Below are positions 29,722 through 38,484 of a stretch of 64,000 bases of DNA, in pieces (the stretch's first letter is position 1; every line of letters begins with the position of its first letter). The stretch spans positions 992,001-1,056,000 of the forward strand of contig OZ244799.1 of NCBI GenBank assembly GCA_965219955.1, given 5' to 3'. The translations under genes were made by a program, and so were the position numbers. The DNA comes from a bacterium. GTDB lineage: Bacteria; UBA8248. The notes below the pieces were generated by a model. The model was not told the DNA's origin, ran no database searches, and worked only from the letters and a program-made list of their open reading frames with translations.

Positions 29722-30527
29722 GCCTGCATCATCCTCGCGCGGGGTTGCCCGGTGAAGCGCCGCCGGCGGCCGTGAACGCATCCACGGCGCGCGTGATCGA
29801 TAAAAGCGCACTGGCGGGTTCATCCGTCCTCATCGTGGGCGTCGGCGGCCTGGGCTGCCCTGCGGTGCTCGCCCTTGCGGCTGCGGGCGTGGGGCGGGTC
29901 GGCCTTGCGGACCACGACACGGTGACGCTCGACAACCTCGCGCGCCAGATTCTCCACCGCACCGAAGACATCGGCCGCCTGAAGGTGGACTCGGGCGCCG
30001 ATTCCATATTCAGGCTCTCCGCCCAAGTAGCGGTGGACAAGATTCCCCAAAGGCTCACGCGCGAGAACGCCGCCAGAGTCATCGCGCCCTATGACGTAGT
30101 AATCGACGGCAGCGACAACCTCGCGGCCAAACTCGCGCTGAACGACGCCTGCGCCGCCACGGGCAAGCCGTGGGTGATGGGCGGCGTTTTGCGATTTTTC
30201 GGCCAGGTGATGACAATTCTGCCGGGCCGGAGCGCGTGTCTGAGGTGCCTGGTGGGCGAGGAGGGCGCGGACGTCCGCGGACTCGATTGCGGGGATGCGG
30301 GCGTTTTCGGCGCGGTGGCCGGTTTCGTGGGCATGGCGCAGGCAGCGGACGCGCTGCGGGTCCTCAAGGGGCTTGCGCCGGCCTGGTCGAACAGGCTGAT
30401 GACGGCCGATTTACGGAAAAACGCCGTCGGGAGCGTGCGCGTGGTCCGGGATCCGGATTGTCCCGCCTGCGCGCTCGCCGGGAGCGGGCAAACGAAAATC
30501 CCCGCGGGGCGGGGAGCGCTCGTTTAG
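29718..30527 (+). CDS. ThiF/MoeB-family adenylyltransferase (E1-like) lacking N-terminal RYxR motif
   Basis: GVGGLG, DHD..DNLARQ, K, DGSDN, CLRC, Cys in LDCGDAG, CPAC; no rhodanese domain. Confidence 0.92.
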   Translation: MSLHHPRAGLPGEAPPAAVNASTARVIDKSALAGSSVLIVGVGGLGCPAVLALAAAGVGRVGLADHDTVTLDNLARQILHRTEDIGRLKVDSGADSIFRLSAQVAVDKIPQRLTRENAARVIAPYDVVIDGSDNLAAKLALNDACAATGKPWVMGGVLRFFGQVMTILPGRSACLRCLVGEEGADVRGLDCGDAGVFGAVAGFVGMAQAADALRVLKGLAPAWSNRLMTADLRKNAVGSVRVVRDPDCPACALAGSGQTKIPAGRGALV

Positions 30528-30565
30528 CGAATGGGGCAGGGAGAGACGATGAGAGGATGCCGCCG

Positions 30566-31018
30566 ATGAAGATATCGACCAAAGGGCGATACGCCGTGCT
30601 CGCCATGATAGAGCTGGCCCGGCATTCGCAGACGCATCCCGTGCCCCTGCCGCAGATTGCCGGCAAGCTCGGCATCAGCCAGCACTATCTCGAACAGTTG
30701 TTCGTGAAGATGCGCAGGGCCTCTCTGGTGAGCAGCACGCGGGGGCCGGGAGGCGGCTACATCCTCGCGCTGCCGCCCTCTGGGATCAACATGCGCGACG
30801 TTCTCTGCGCGGTGGGCGAGACGATTCAGCCCGTCGATTGCGGCGAAGAACCTCCCTCGGCGCCGTGTCCGAACATTTCGGTGTGCGGAAGCCGCGCGCT
30901 TTGGAAAAAACTCGAAGACGCCATAGACAAAACGCTGCGCGAGACCACGCTGGAGGAGTTGAGCGCGCCGCCGCCCGGCTCTGGCGTCCGGCTGCCCAAC
31001 TTCGAGGTGGGTATCTAG
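30566..31018 (+). CDS. Rrf2-family (IscR/CymR-like) regulator with three Cys
   Basis: MKISTKGRYAV, YLEQLF, STRGPGGGY, C-x8-C-x5-C. Confidence 0.93.
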   Translation: MKISTKGRYAVLAMIELARHSQTHPVPLPQIAGKLGISQHYLEQLFVKMRRASLVSSTRGPGGGYILALPPSGINMRDVLCAVGETIQPVDCGEEPPSAPCPNISVCGSRALWKKLEDAIDKTLRETTLEELSAPPPGSGVRLPNFEVGI

Positions 31019-31054
31019 GATTGCTACGAAGAATTTTCTAAGTGGAAATTCTCT

Positions 31055-31285
31055 TTAGCTTTTTCTGTCTTGTTTAGCCCATCCCCTCTTAAACCACTCT
31101 CTTTCCTCTATTTCTTCGTCTATCAGTCTTTCAATTTCATTCTGGGCTTTAGGATTGTCTTTGTATTTGATCCACATGGCATCGAGTTTATTTAATGCAT
31201 CGTTAAAATCTCCTAAAACTTCATCTCGCTCTTCGTCCTTTTTCAGGGTTTCTTCGTCCGGCCTATTTGGTCCCACCCATGACAT
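31055..31285 (-). CDS. Small acidic hypothetical protein in AT-rich islet
   Basis: 76 aa ORF with AGGAG upstream; AT-rich codon usage. Confidence 0.6.
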   Translation of the reverse strand: MSWVGPNRPDEETLKKDEERDEVLGDFNDALNKLDAMWIKYKDNPKAQNEIERLIDEEIEEREWFKRGWAKQDRKS

Positions 31286-31428
31286 TTATATTGCTCCTAG
31301 GTGAAAGATTAGTAATGTGTAATTGGCTTGTTCTATTTAGTTTCTATGCAAACATCCAAGATAGCCAAAATGCTCAAGGTGTTTAGGTCTCATTTAAATT
31401 TTTTGGCTCTTGATTGAGGAGAATGATA

Positions 31429-31749
31429 CTAAAACGATTGTTGCCACACGGATTTACCTCGTGAAGAATCAGGCCATACGACTTTCACACCTTTTTGTTG
31501 CTGCCCTTTCTGATGCACAAGCAAAATAGTTTCAGGGTCTAGGGTATAAATTTCTTCATTTTCCGTTCTAATAAACCCTTCTGCTTTTTTCTGTTTGACC
31601 TGCGCATACAAAACACCATTATCATCTTTTCTTGGATTTTCTACCTCAACAGTGAGCACATGCTTCCAGTCATTCTTATTGTCGGGCAGGTTGAATTCCC
31701 ATGAAAAATCATCCTTGAATTGAAAAATTTTGTAACACTCTATTACCAT
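31429..31749 (-). CDS. Hypothetical protein in AT-rich islet
   Basis: 106 aa ORF with GAGGAG upstream; AT-rich codon usage. Confidence 0.62.
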   Translation of the reverse strand: MVIECYKIFQFKDDFSWEFNLPDNKNDWKHVLTVEVENPRKDDNGVLYAQVKQKKAEGFIRTENEEIYTLDPETILLVHQKGQQQKGVKVVWPDSSRGKSVWQQSF

Positions 31750-32064
31750 TGACTCAATCTCCTCGCATTGAAGTTTTCTTCCCAGAATGCCATTGATGGT
31801 TCTAGCACAATTCCATAACTCCTGTTACGAAAAGTCAGCAAAGAAAACTGGCGCTTTATTGGGGATCCTCCGGAGGAACTCGGAAAAACTGATACAAACG
31901 TGTTTCTCGACGCAGCTTCCCATCTGTCATCGTCTCTGTGTATGTTGATTCAAACTGAAGGAATAGGGCGAACAAACGCAAGCTTTTACATCAGCTATCC
32001 CGACGCCTTCGCGAACGTCGAGTTTCAGCAATCATCGGGATTTTCATTTTCAAGGAGAAACAAC

Positions 32065-33099
32065 ATGTCGTTCGAACCCGTGCGCGTCGCCTCGATGGGG
32101 CTGGGCCGCTGGGCCAACGTGCTCGCCGACGCCGCTCTGCGCGGAGGTAAAATCAGACTCGTTTCGTGCTTCAGCCGCACCGCGGAAAAGCGCCGCGATT
32201 TCATGGAGCGCTACGGCGCGCGCGAGGCGGAGAGCCTGGACGCGCTCTTGAACGACGATGAAATCGAGGCCGTCATCCTCACGACGCCCAACCACAACCA
32301 CAAGGAACACATCGAGGCCCTGGCCGCCGCGGGCAAGCACGTCTATTGCGAAAAGCCCATCGCGCACAATCTGGAGCACTCGCGGGCCATCGTGGACGCC
32401 GTCGAGGGCGCGGGCGTGAAGCTGGCGGTGGGCCACAGCGCGCGGCGCCTGGCCGTCTCGCGCCGCATGAAGGAGCTGATCGAGGCGGGCGAGATCGGAA
32501 AAATCTCGATGAGCGAGAGCAATTTCTGCACCGAGCGGGGGCTGGAACTCACGCCCGACAGGTGGCGCTCGAGCAGGGAACTCAACCCCACGGGCGTCGT
32601 CATCCAGCTCTCCATCCACCACATCGACACGTTCCGCTACCTGCACGGGCCGATCAGGAGCGTCACCGCCAAGTTAAAGCGCGCCTACGCGACCGAGGAC
32701 GTGGACGACACCTCGATGATGATCCTGGAGCACGAGAGCGGGGCGCTCTCCTACGTCGGCGGCGGCTGGGCGTGTCCCTGGGCGTTTCACATGAACGTGC
32801 ACGGCACGAAGGGCGTCGCGCACTTCCGCATCACCGGCCAGCAGTGGCGCGACCCATCGAAGGCGTTCGAACCCATCCGCCTGCGCATAGACCGCGACCC
32901 GCTGGGCGAGGACGCCGTATACGACATGCCCGAGGGCGATATGTTCCGCGACGCGCTGGAGGATTTCGCCGACTGCGTGCGCGGGGACCGCACGCCCGAG
33001 GTCGACGGACGCGTCGCGCATGAGAACCTGGCCGTCGTCTACGCGGCGGACGCGAGCTCGCGCACGGGCCGGACGGTGGAGGTTAAGGATTATTTGTGA
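32065..33099 (+). CDS. Gfo/Idh/MocA-family NAD(P) oxidoreductase
   Basis: GLGRWA, TPNHNH, GKHVYCEKP, IHHID; AAGGAG upstream of 32065. Confidence 0.92.
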   Translation: MSFEPVRVASMGLGRWANVLADAALRGGKIRLVSCFSRTAEKRRDFMERYGAREAESLDALLNDDEIEAVILTTPNHNHKEHIEALAAAGKHVYCEKPIAHNLEHSRAIVDAVEGAGVKLAVGHSARRLAVSRRMKELIEAGEIGKISMSESNFCTERGLELTPDRWRSSRELNPTGVVIQLSIHHIDTFRYLHGPIRSVTAKLKRAYATEDVDDTSMMILEHESGALSYVGGGWACPWAFHMNVHGTKGVAHFRITGQQWRDPSKAFEPIRLRIDRDPLGEDAVYDMPEGDMFRDALEDFADCVRGDRTPEVDGRVAHENLAVVYAADASSRTGRTVEVKDYL

Positions 33100-33116
33100 G
33101 TGGGCCGGCGGGACAA

Positions 33117-33565
33117 AGGCTGTTGAAAAAGTCCCTCGATGCCGGAAAACCACCGTCATTCCGGCGAAAGCCGGAATCCATTTTCGCCTTTCGTCTTTGA
33201 TCGTTATTCCGGCGTTAGCCCCGCTCAGGACGGGAGAGAATGCGGAGTCCGGAGCCGATGAGGGCGGATACGTTCAGGCGTTTGATTGCGGCTTTGTCGA
33301 GCATGAATCAAGGCGAAAAGCAAAAGTCAAAATGGATTCCGTCGAACCCTTCCTCTGCGGTCGGCTCCGACACCGGAATGACGAACAAAACCACGCCGCC
33401 TCACCCTGAGTAGCCGCCGAAGGTAAAACGCGACTGAGAAAGGAGCGTTTGTATCGAAGGGCGCTCCCCTTCGGCAATCTCAGGCCAGGCTCCCGGCTCT
33501 CCCTCGTCCCTCGATACGGCGCGCAAGCGCGCCTACTCGGGATGAGGGGGTTTTTCAACAACCCC
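33117..33565. mobile_element. TIR-bounded cassette 2
   Basis: AGGCTGTTGAAAAAGTCCC / GGGGTTTTTCAACAACCCC; cargo CGTCATTCCGGCGAAAGCCGGAATCCA plus inverted copy, and CCTGAGTAG..GTATCGAAGG units. Confidence 0.8.
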
Positions 33566-33771
33566 GGGCAAGGAGGGTTTGAACGCGCATTTCCCCGCAT
33601 TTGCCGGACGCTTTCCCCGCCGCTTCCGCGTTATGCTCCCACCGCCCGTTCATGCGGGCGGACCCGGTGACGCCACCGGGCCTTCACGGCCGGTTCGAGA
33701 CGGGAGAGGGTGTGCAAGCGATGAAATTTCCTGGAACCAGGACGGGAACCCTGAAATTCGAATTCCCGAAC

Positions 33772-33902
33772 AATTCGATAAATATCGATAAATTTCTGAA
33801 AATGTTTATGGGTCAAACTAACGGAATATTATTCTATGAATTAGCAAGATGCCGAGATATGTTAAAGTAATACATTATGAATTTATCGAAATTTATCGAA
33901 TT
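33772..33902. repeat. AT-rich 23-bp inverted repeat, each arm made of two 10-bp direct repeats
   Basis: AATTCGATAAATATCGATAAATT (33772-33794) vs AATTTATCGAAATTTATCGAATT (33880-33902), one mismatch. Confidence 0.85.
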
Positions 33903-33954
33903 AAAAAAGTTTTCCGGACCCCGCATTTGCCCGCATTTCCTCTCGGAAACTCCC

Positions 33955-34638
33955 CTAGTCATCCGGGTTGGGTTCGGGGAACTCCTCGGGCCAGTTGTCG
34001 ATGAGCGATTGCAGGTAGGCCTTCATCTTGTCGGGGTTCCCGCGCACGGATTTCCTGATCTTGTTCACCTCGCCCTCGTTCTCGATGGGGATGGCGAACG
34101 AGTCCATGAAGCGGTTCATCATGCCCTGCTTGCCGCTCATGAGGGACATCTCGACGATCTCGCCGTCGGTGAAGTGCCGCTTGACCTCTTCGAGCACGCC
34201 CGGGTCCTCGCGCGCGGTGTTTCGCGTAAAATGCTCCGCCCACAGGCAGGCGGCGCGTTCACGGGGGCTCAAAACCGGGGATGTCATGTAGTCGTCCGAG
34301 GCGATGGCCTCGATCTGCTCATCGGTGATTCCCGTCGCTTGACCAAGCGCGGTGTTGTGCGCGATTCAGTAGGCGCAGGCGTTGACGAAGCTCGTCTTCA
34401 AGACGACGATCTCCTTGATCCTGCACGTCAGCAGCCCGCCCATACCCTCGCGCTGGAGCGTGGCGTTGAAGGGGAGGTAGAAGCGCGCGATGTAGGGCGT
34501 GTTCGCCATCGCGAGCGCGGAATTGGGGATGCGGCCCAGAAACTCGCGCGTCGCCTCGAAAAAGCGCGCCGTATCGCCCGCCGCCTCATCGGGGTTCAGC
34601 AGCCGGATTTTGCTCGTCTCGCTTGCCTGGTTCGTCAT
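33955..34638 (-). CDS. AhpD/carboxymuconolactone-decarboxylase-family selenoprotein (CxxU, TGA at 34366-34368)
   Basis: ORFs 34366-34653 and 33955-34287 are in frame; read-through gives KEIVVLKTSFVNACAY-U-IAHNTALGQATGITDEQIEAI..LSPRERAA; AAGAGGA upstream of ATG 34638. Confidence 0.85.
34336..34349 (-). promoter_or_regulatory. Candidate bacterial SECIS apical hairpin
   Basis: mRNA sense CGCUU-GGUC-AAGCG; stem begins 16 nt and loop 21 nt after the UGA; G-containing loop. Confidence 0.65.
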
Positions 34639-34801
34639 GGTTGTCCTCTTCATGGGGTTCAGGATTTCGGGTGATTATAGAAGAACCCTCCGCCCTTGGG
34701 AATCGGGGAGGCTGCGCATTACGCCGAGCCCGGCTGTTCTGATAACATGGCGCGCATCTCGCGTGAATTGTACTTGCATACGAAACTGAAAGGAGGCCCG
34801 C

Positions 34802-35446
34802 ATGGCCGATTTTGACCTGGAAATGACCGACAAACTCCTCTCCACGACGCGCTCCGTTAGAAAGCGGCTCGATTTCGGTCGTGAAGTGCCGACGGAGGTC
34901 GTGATGGAATGCTTGGAACTCGGCCTTCAGGCCCCCACGGGCTCGAACCGGCAGGGCTGGCGCTGGCTCGTGGTGACGGATGAGGGTCTGCGCAAAGAGC
35001 TCGGACGGCTCTACCGCAAGGGAGGGGATGAATACCTCGCGCAGGGTCTGGCCCAGGCGCGCGAGAGTGGGGCTTCCCAGGACGAGCGGGTGTTCGATTC
35101 CGCCCTCTATCTGGCGGAAAACATCGAGCGCGCGCCCGTGCACGTGATCCCCTGCATCCAGAATTTCCTGCCCGAGAACCCGCCGAGGTTCATGTGGGCG
35201 GGCCTCATGGGTTCGATCATACCGGCTGTGTGGAGTTTTCAGCTGGCGCTGCGCTCGCGCGGACTGGGTTCGGTGTTCACCACGCTGCACCTGCGCTGCG
35301 AGGCGGAAGCGGCGGAACTGCTCGGCGTGCCGGATGAATTCATGCAGGCGGCGCTCATCCCGGTGGCTTATACGCTCGGGACGGACTTCAGGCCCGCCCG
35401 GCGGCGCCCGCTCGATGAGATCGTGCACGTGAACACCTGGGGTTGA
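34802..35446 (+). CDS. Nitroreductase-family flavoprotein
   Basis: TTRSVRKR, QAPTGSNRQGW, LALRSRGLGS. Confidence 0.92.
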   Translation: MADFDLEMTDKLLSTTRSVRKRLDFGREVPTEVVMECLELGLQAPTGSNRQGWRWLVVTDEGLRKELGRLYRKGGDEYLAQGLAQARESGASQDERVFDSALYLAENIERAPVHVIPCIQNFLPENPPRFMWAGLMGSIIPAVWSFQLALRSRGLGSVFTTLHLRCEAEAAELLGVPDEFMQAALIPVAYTLGTDFRPARRRPLDEIVHVNTWG

Positions 35447-35482
35447 GGAGGGTTCGGTCAGAGTGCTCAAGTGTTTTTAAGC

Positions 35483-35557
35483 TGGTGACCCCTAGGGGAC
35501 TCGAACCCCTGTTACCGGCGTGAGAGGCCGGTGTCCTGACCGCTAGACGAAGGGGCC
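35483..35557 (-). tRNA. tRNA-Glu (anticodon CTC), encoded CCA
   Basis: GGCCCCTTCGTCTAGCGGTCAGGACACCGGCCTCTCACGCCGGTAACAGGGGTTCGAGTCCCCTAGGGGTCACCA folds as a cloverleaf. Confidence 0.97.
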
Positions 35558-35679
35558 ATGAAGCGGCGTCGCTCGTATCGCGCCAACAGGTGCGATGGCG
35601 AGAGACGGGAAGGGTAGTCCCATCGCTTTTTCCCGTCAAGCCTGTACGCAGGAACCATCCAGGTATTTTGACGGCCTCA

Positions 35680-36924
35680 TCAGCGAAAAGAACACGGTGG
35701 CAAGTTGCTCATCGAGGGATGGACGCGCCTTTTGCCCCTGTGCCGGAGGTCGAGGCTCATCTGCGTTGCGAGGACGGGTTCGGGCCCCAGGCGTTTTCCG
35801 CGAAGCGCGAGCCAGCCCGCCGCCGATTTGCGGATGCGACCCAGGCGCGTCAGATCCCTGAAATCGCGGATGTGCGCCTTTCTGCGCACTTCGACCAAGC
35901 GTTTCGCCCAGATGGGGCCGATGCCCGGCACGCGCATGAGCGTCCGGGGGTCGGCGGTCATGATCTCCACCGGAAACAGCGAGAGGTTTTTTCTCGCCCA
36001 CGTCGTCTTGGGGTCCTCATCGAGTGCCAGGTTGCCGTCTGCGGCGGGAATTTCATCGAGGCCGAACTCATATTCGCGCAGGAGGTGCTCCGCCTGATAG
36101 AGCCTGTGCTCGCGCGTCTTGGAGACCGACGGCACGCCGTCCATGGGGGTATCCTCCACGGGCTTGAAGGCGCTGAAATGGGTGTGGCGCAAAAGACCCT
36201 TCTTCTGGAGCGCGTGGGAGGCCGTGAGGACGTCCATGTCGCTCTCTCCGCTGGCGCCGACGATGAATTGGGTCGTCACGCCGTCGGCGATGAGGCCCGT
36301 TCTTTCGAAAAACGACTCGCGCGCCATCTTACCCGCGTATTCGAGGGCGGGTTTCAGGTCGGTTTCCAGGCTTTTTTCGGGCGCCATGGCGTGAAGTCCG
36401 CGCTGGGTGGCGGCTTCCAGGTTCACCGAGAGCCTCGTGGCGATTTGGGCGGCGCGGCCGAGTTGGGAGTCCTCCACACCGGGCAGCATTTTCAGGTGGA
36501 TATATCCGTGGAAGTGGTGCTTGAAGCGGAGGATTTCCGCCGTCGCGATCATCCTGTCCACGCCCGTGACGCCGCTGCCCGGAACCCCGCTGGTGAGAAA
36601 AAGCCCCTCGGCGCGGTTTCTTTTCTTTAACGCCATGAAGGTGTCGGCCAGCTCTTCGGGGCTGAAGGCGTAGCGCGGCATGTTGCGAGAGGCCCGCATG
36701 GGGCAGTAGTGGCAGTCGTAGCTGCATGCGTTGGTCATCATGGTGGAGAGAAGCGGCATGATGCGCCCGCCCTTGAAGGGGACGGGAAATATCGCCGGCG
36801 TGTCCGAAGCCAGGAATTTTCGGCGGTATTTGGGTTGTTTCCGAAAGCCGGGCGGGCCCTCCCTGTCGTCGAAGGATTGTCCGCCGAGGATGGCCAGTTT
36901 GTGGAGGGTTTTTTCCGTCACCAT
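35680..36924 (-). CDS. Putative DNA modification/repair radical SAM protein with HhH (TIGR03916-like)
   Basis: TNACSYDCHYC, EGLFLTSG, GYIHLK, REHRLYQA, DPK..WA, LMRVPGIG. Confidence 0.88.
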   Translation of the reverse strand: MVTEKTLHKLAILGGQSFDDREGPPGFRKQPKYRRKFLASDTPAIFPVPFKGGRIMPLLSTMMTNACSYDCHYCPMRASRNMPRYAFSPEELADTFMALKKRNRAEGLFLTSGVPGSGVTGVDRMIATAEILRFKHHFHGYIHLKMLPGVEDSQLGRAAQIATRLSVNLEAATQRGLHAMAPEKSLETDLKPALEYAGKMARESFFERTGLIADGVTTQFIVGASGESDMDVLTASHALQKKGLLRHTHFSAFKPVEDTPMDGVPSVSKTREHRLYQAEHLLREYEFGLDEIPAADGNLALDEDPKTTWARKNLSLFPVEIMTADPRTLMRVPGIGPIWAKRLVEVRRKAHIRDFRDLTRLGRIRKSAAGWLALRGKRLGPEPVLATQMSLDLRHRGKRRVHPSMSNLPPCSFR

Positions 36925-36960
36925 GGTCGTTCTCCCTGTATGAATTGGCGTGAGGGAGAA

Positions 36961-36989
36961 AATGTATACGAAAATAATACGAAAATCAA
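36961..36989 (-). promoter_or_regulatory. Promoter TTGATT-N17-TACATT with tandem 10-bp direct repeat across the spacer
   Basis: ATACGAAAAT at 36966-36975 and 36977-36986 (plus strand), 11-bp period. Confidence 0.6.
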
Positions 36990-37190
36990 GGTATTTTTTA
37001 ATGAATGCGTAATGGGTTTATCTGTAGTTTTTTAGATGAATTATGTTGAAGTAACAGATGAAGAAAGACGGAAAAGGAAGAGCATTTTCTTTCGCTTTTT
37101 ATCTGTGCGTAGAATGCTGTTGTGAGATGGAATCGCGCCAGGGGGTGGCGTGCTGGATTCCCGGGAGTTAGGTGAGTATCTTCAGATACT

Positions 37191-38441
37191 TCAGGCGCCG
37201 TTTCCCCGCCAGGAAGCGCGCGCTCGCTTGAAAGCCTCGATATCCGGTGGAATGCGCCCCGGTAGCCCAAGGGCCTCGCCCGCGACTTCCGCCGCGTTCT
37301 TGCCCGTGCCCGTGCCGATGCAGACGATCACTTCATCGGCTTCCGGTCTTCTGGGCCGTTCGGCGCCCTCCATGAGGCTCGCGACGGACGCCGCGGAAGC
37401 AGGCTGGAGGAAAAGCCCCTCGCGTCCGGCGATGAGAAACTCCGCTTCCAGGTTCATCGAATCGTTCACGAGAACGCCGTGGCCCTCCGAGCGCCGCACG
37501 ACGCCTGCCACGCGCTCGCCCGCACCGGGGGAGGGGCTCGTGAGACCAGCGGATTTCGTTTGCACCTCGCCCCAGGGTTCGACCTTTCCGCCCGAGTGGA
37601 GCGCCCGGACGATGGGAGCGCAGCCGTCTACCTGCACGACGTCGATGGCGGGCATCCTGTCTATCCAGCCGAGAGCCAGCAGTTCGCGGAATCCCTGGTC
37701 CATCGCGAGGGCCATCGTGCCGCCCGCTGTGGGGCAGACGACGCGGTCGGGCGCGCGCCAGCCGAGTTTTTCGGCGATCTCGAAGGCCGCCGTCTTTTTC
37801 CCCTCGATCCTGTAGAGGTTCCGAGGCAGGGTGGCGTGCAGGCAGTCCAGTTCTTTCGACACCTCTTCGGCGAAGCGCCCGCCCGTGCCCTGATCGCCCT
37901 CGATGATGAGTGTGAACGCCCCGTATGCGCCGACCTGGAGACAATGGACTGCGGAGCTGTCGTCGCGCACGAAGCCGATGAACTCGATGCCGCCCCGCGC
38001 GCAGTAGGCGCTAAAACAGGCCGCCGCGTTGCCGGATGAGGGCAGGACGATGCGGTCGACCCCCACCTCCCTGCACTTGCTGATGGTGACCGACCCGCCC
38101 CTGTCCTTGAACGAGCCCGTGGGGTTTCTCGATTCATCCAGAATGTAGAGGTTTTGGTAGCCGAGCGTATTCCCGAGCCTCTCCGCGTGGATGAGGGGGG
38201 TATCGCCCTCCACGAGCGAGACCACGTTCTTTTCGTCCCGCACGGGCAGGAGTTCGCGCCAGCGCCAGATTCCGTGGGGTCTGCGGGCGATTTCGTCTCT
38301 ATCGACATGGTCCTTAATCCAATCGACGTCGTAGCTGCCCTGCAGGTTCCCGCCCGTGTCGGGGCAGGTGAAGGGGTGTTCCATGTCGTCCACGATTCGT
38401 CCGGATTCCAGGCTCAAGAGGCCTTTCAGCGCGCTGTGCAA
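37191..38441 (-). CDS. Threonine synthase-like PLP enzyme (fold type II)
   Basis: GIWRWRELLP, NPTGSFKDRG, SSGNAA, EGKKT, TGTGK. Confidence 0.85.
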   Translation of the reverse strand: MHSALKGLLSLESGRIVDDMEHPFTCPDTGGNLQGSYDVDWIKDHVDRDEIARRPHGIWRWRELLPVRDEKNVVSLVEGDTPLIHAERLGNTLGYQNLYILDESRNPTGSFKDRGGSVTISKCREVGVDRIVLPSSGNAAACFSAYCARGGIEFIGFVRDDSSAVHCLQVGAYGAFTLIIEGDQGTGGRFAEEVSKELDCLHATLPRNLYRIEGKKTAAFEIAEKLGWRAPDRVVCPTAGGTMALAMDQGFRELLALGWIDRMPAIDVVQVDGCAPIVRALHSGGKVEPWGEVQTKSAGLTSPSPGAGERVAGVVRRSEGHGVLVNDSMNLEAEFLIAGREGLFLQPASAASVASLMEGAERPRRPEADEVIVCIGTGTGKNAAEVAGEALGLPGRIPPDIEAFKRARASWRGNGA

Positions 38442-38484
38442 GTGCGGCTCTCCTTCATGGTATTTGATGCGTTGGCTGAAAAAT

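Noticed and set aside
26971-30527. Ubiquitin-like protein-conjugation defence system (Bil or CBASS type)
   Set aside because: No E2 or cyclase; flanking cysteine synthases and Rrf2 point to sulfur transfer
33642-33680. Guanidine-II (mini-ykkC) riboswitch
   Set aside because: Needs two ACGR loops; only one ACGC loop is present and there is no suitable downstream gene
31021-35557. Genomic island integrated at tRNA-Glu
   Set aside because: I found no duplicated tRNA 3' end and no integrase; the only tyrosine recombinase is housekeeping xerC
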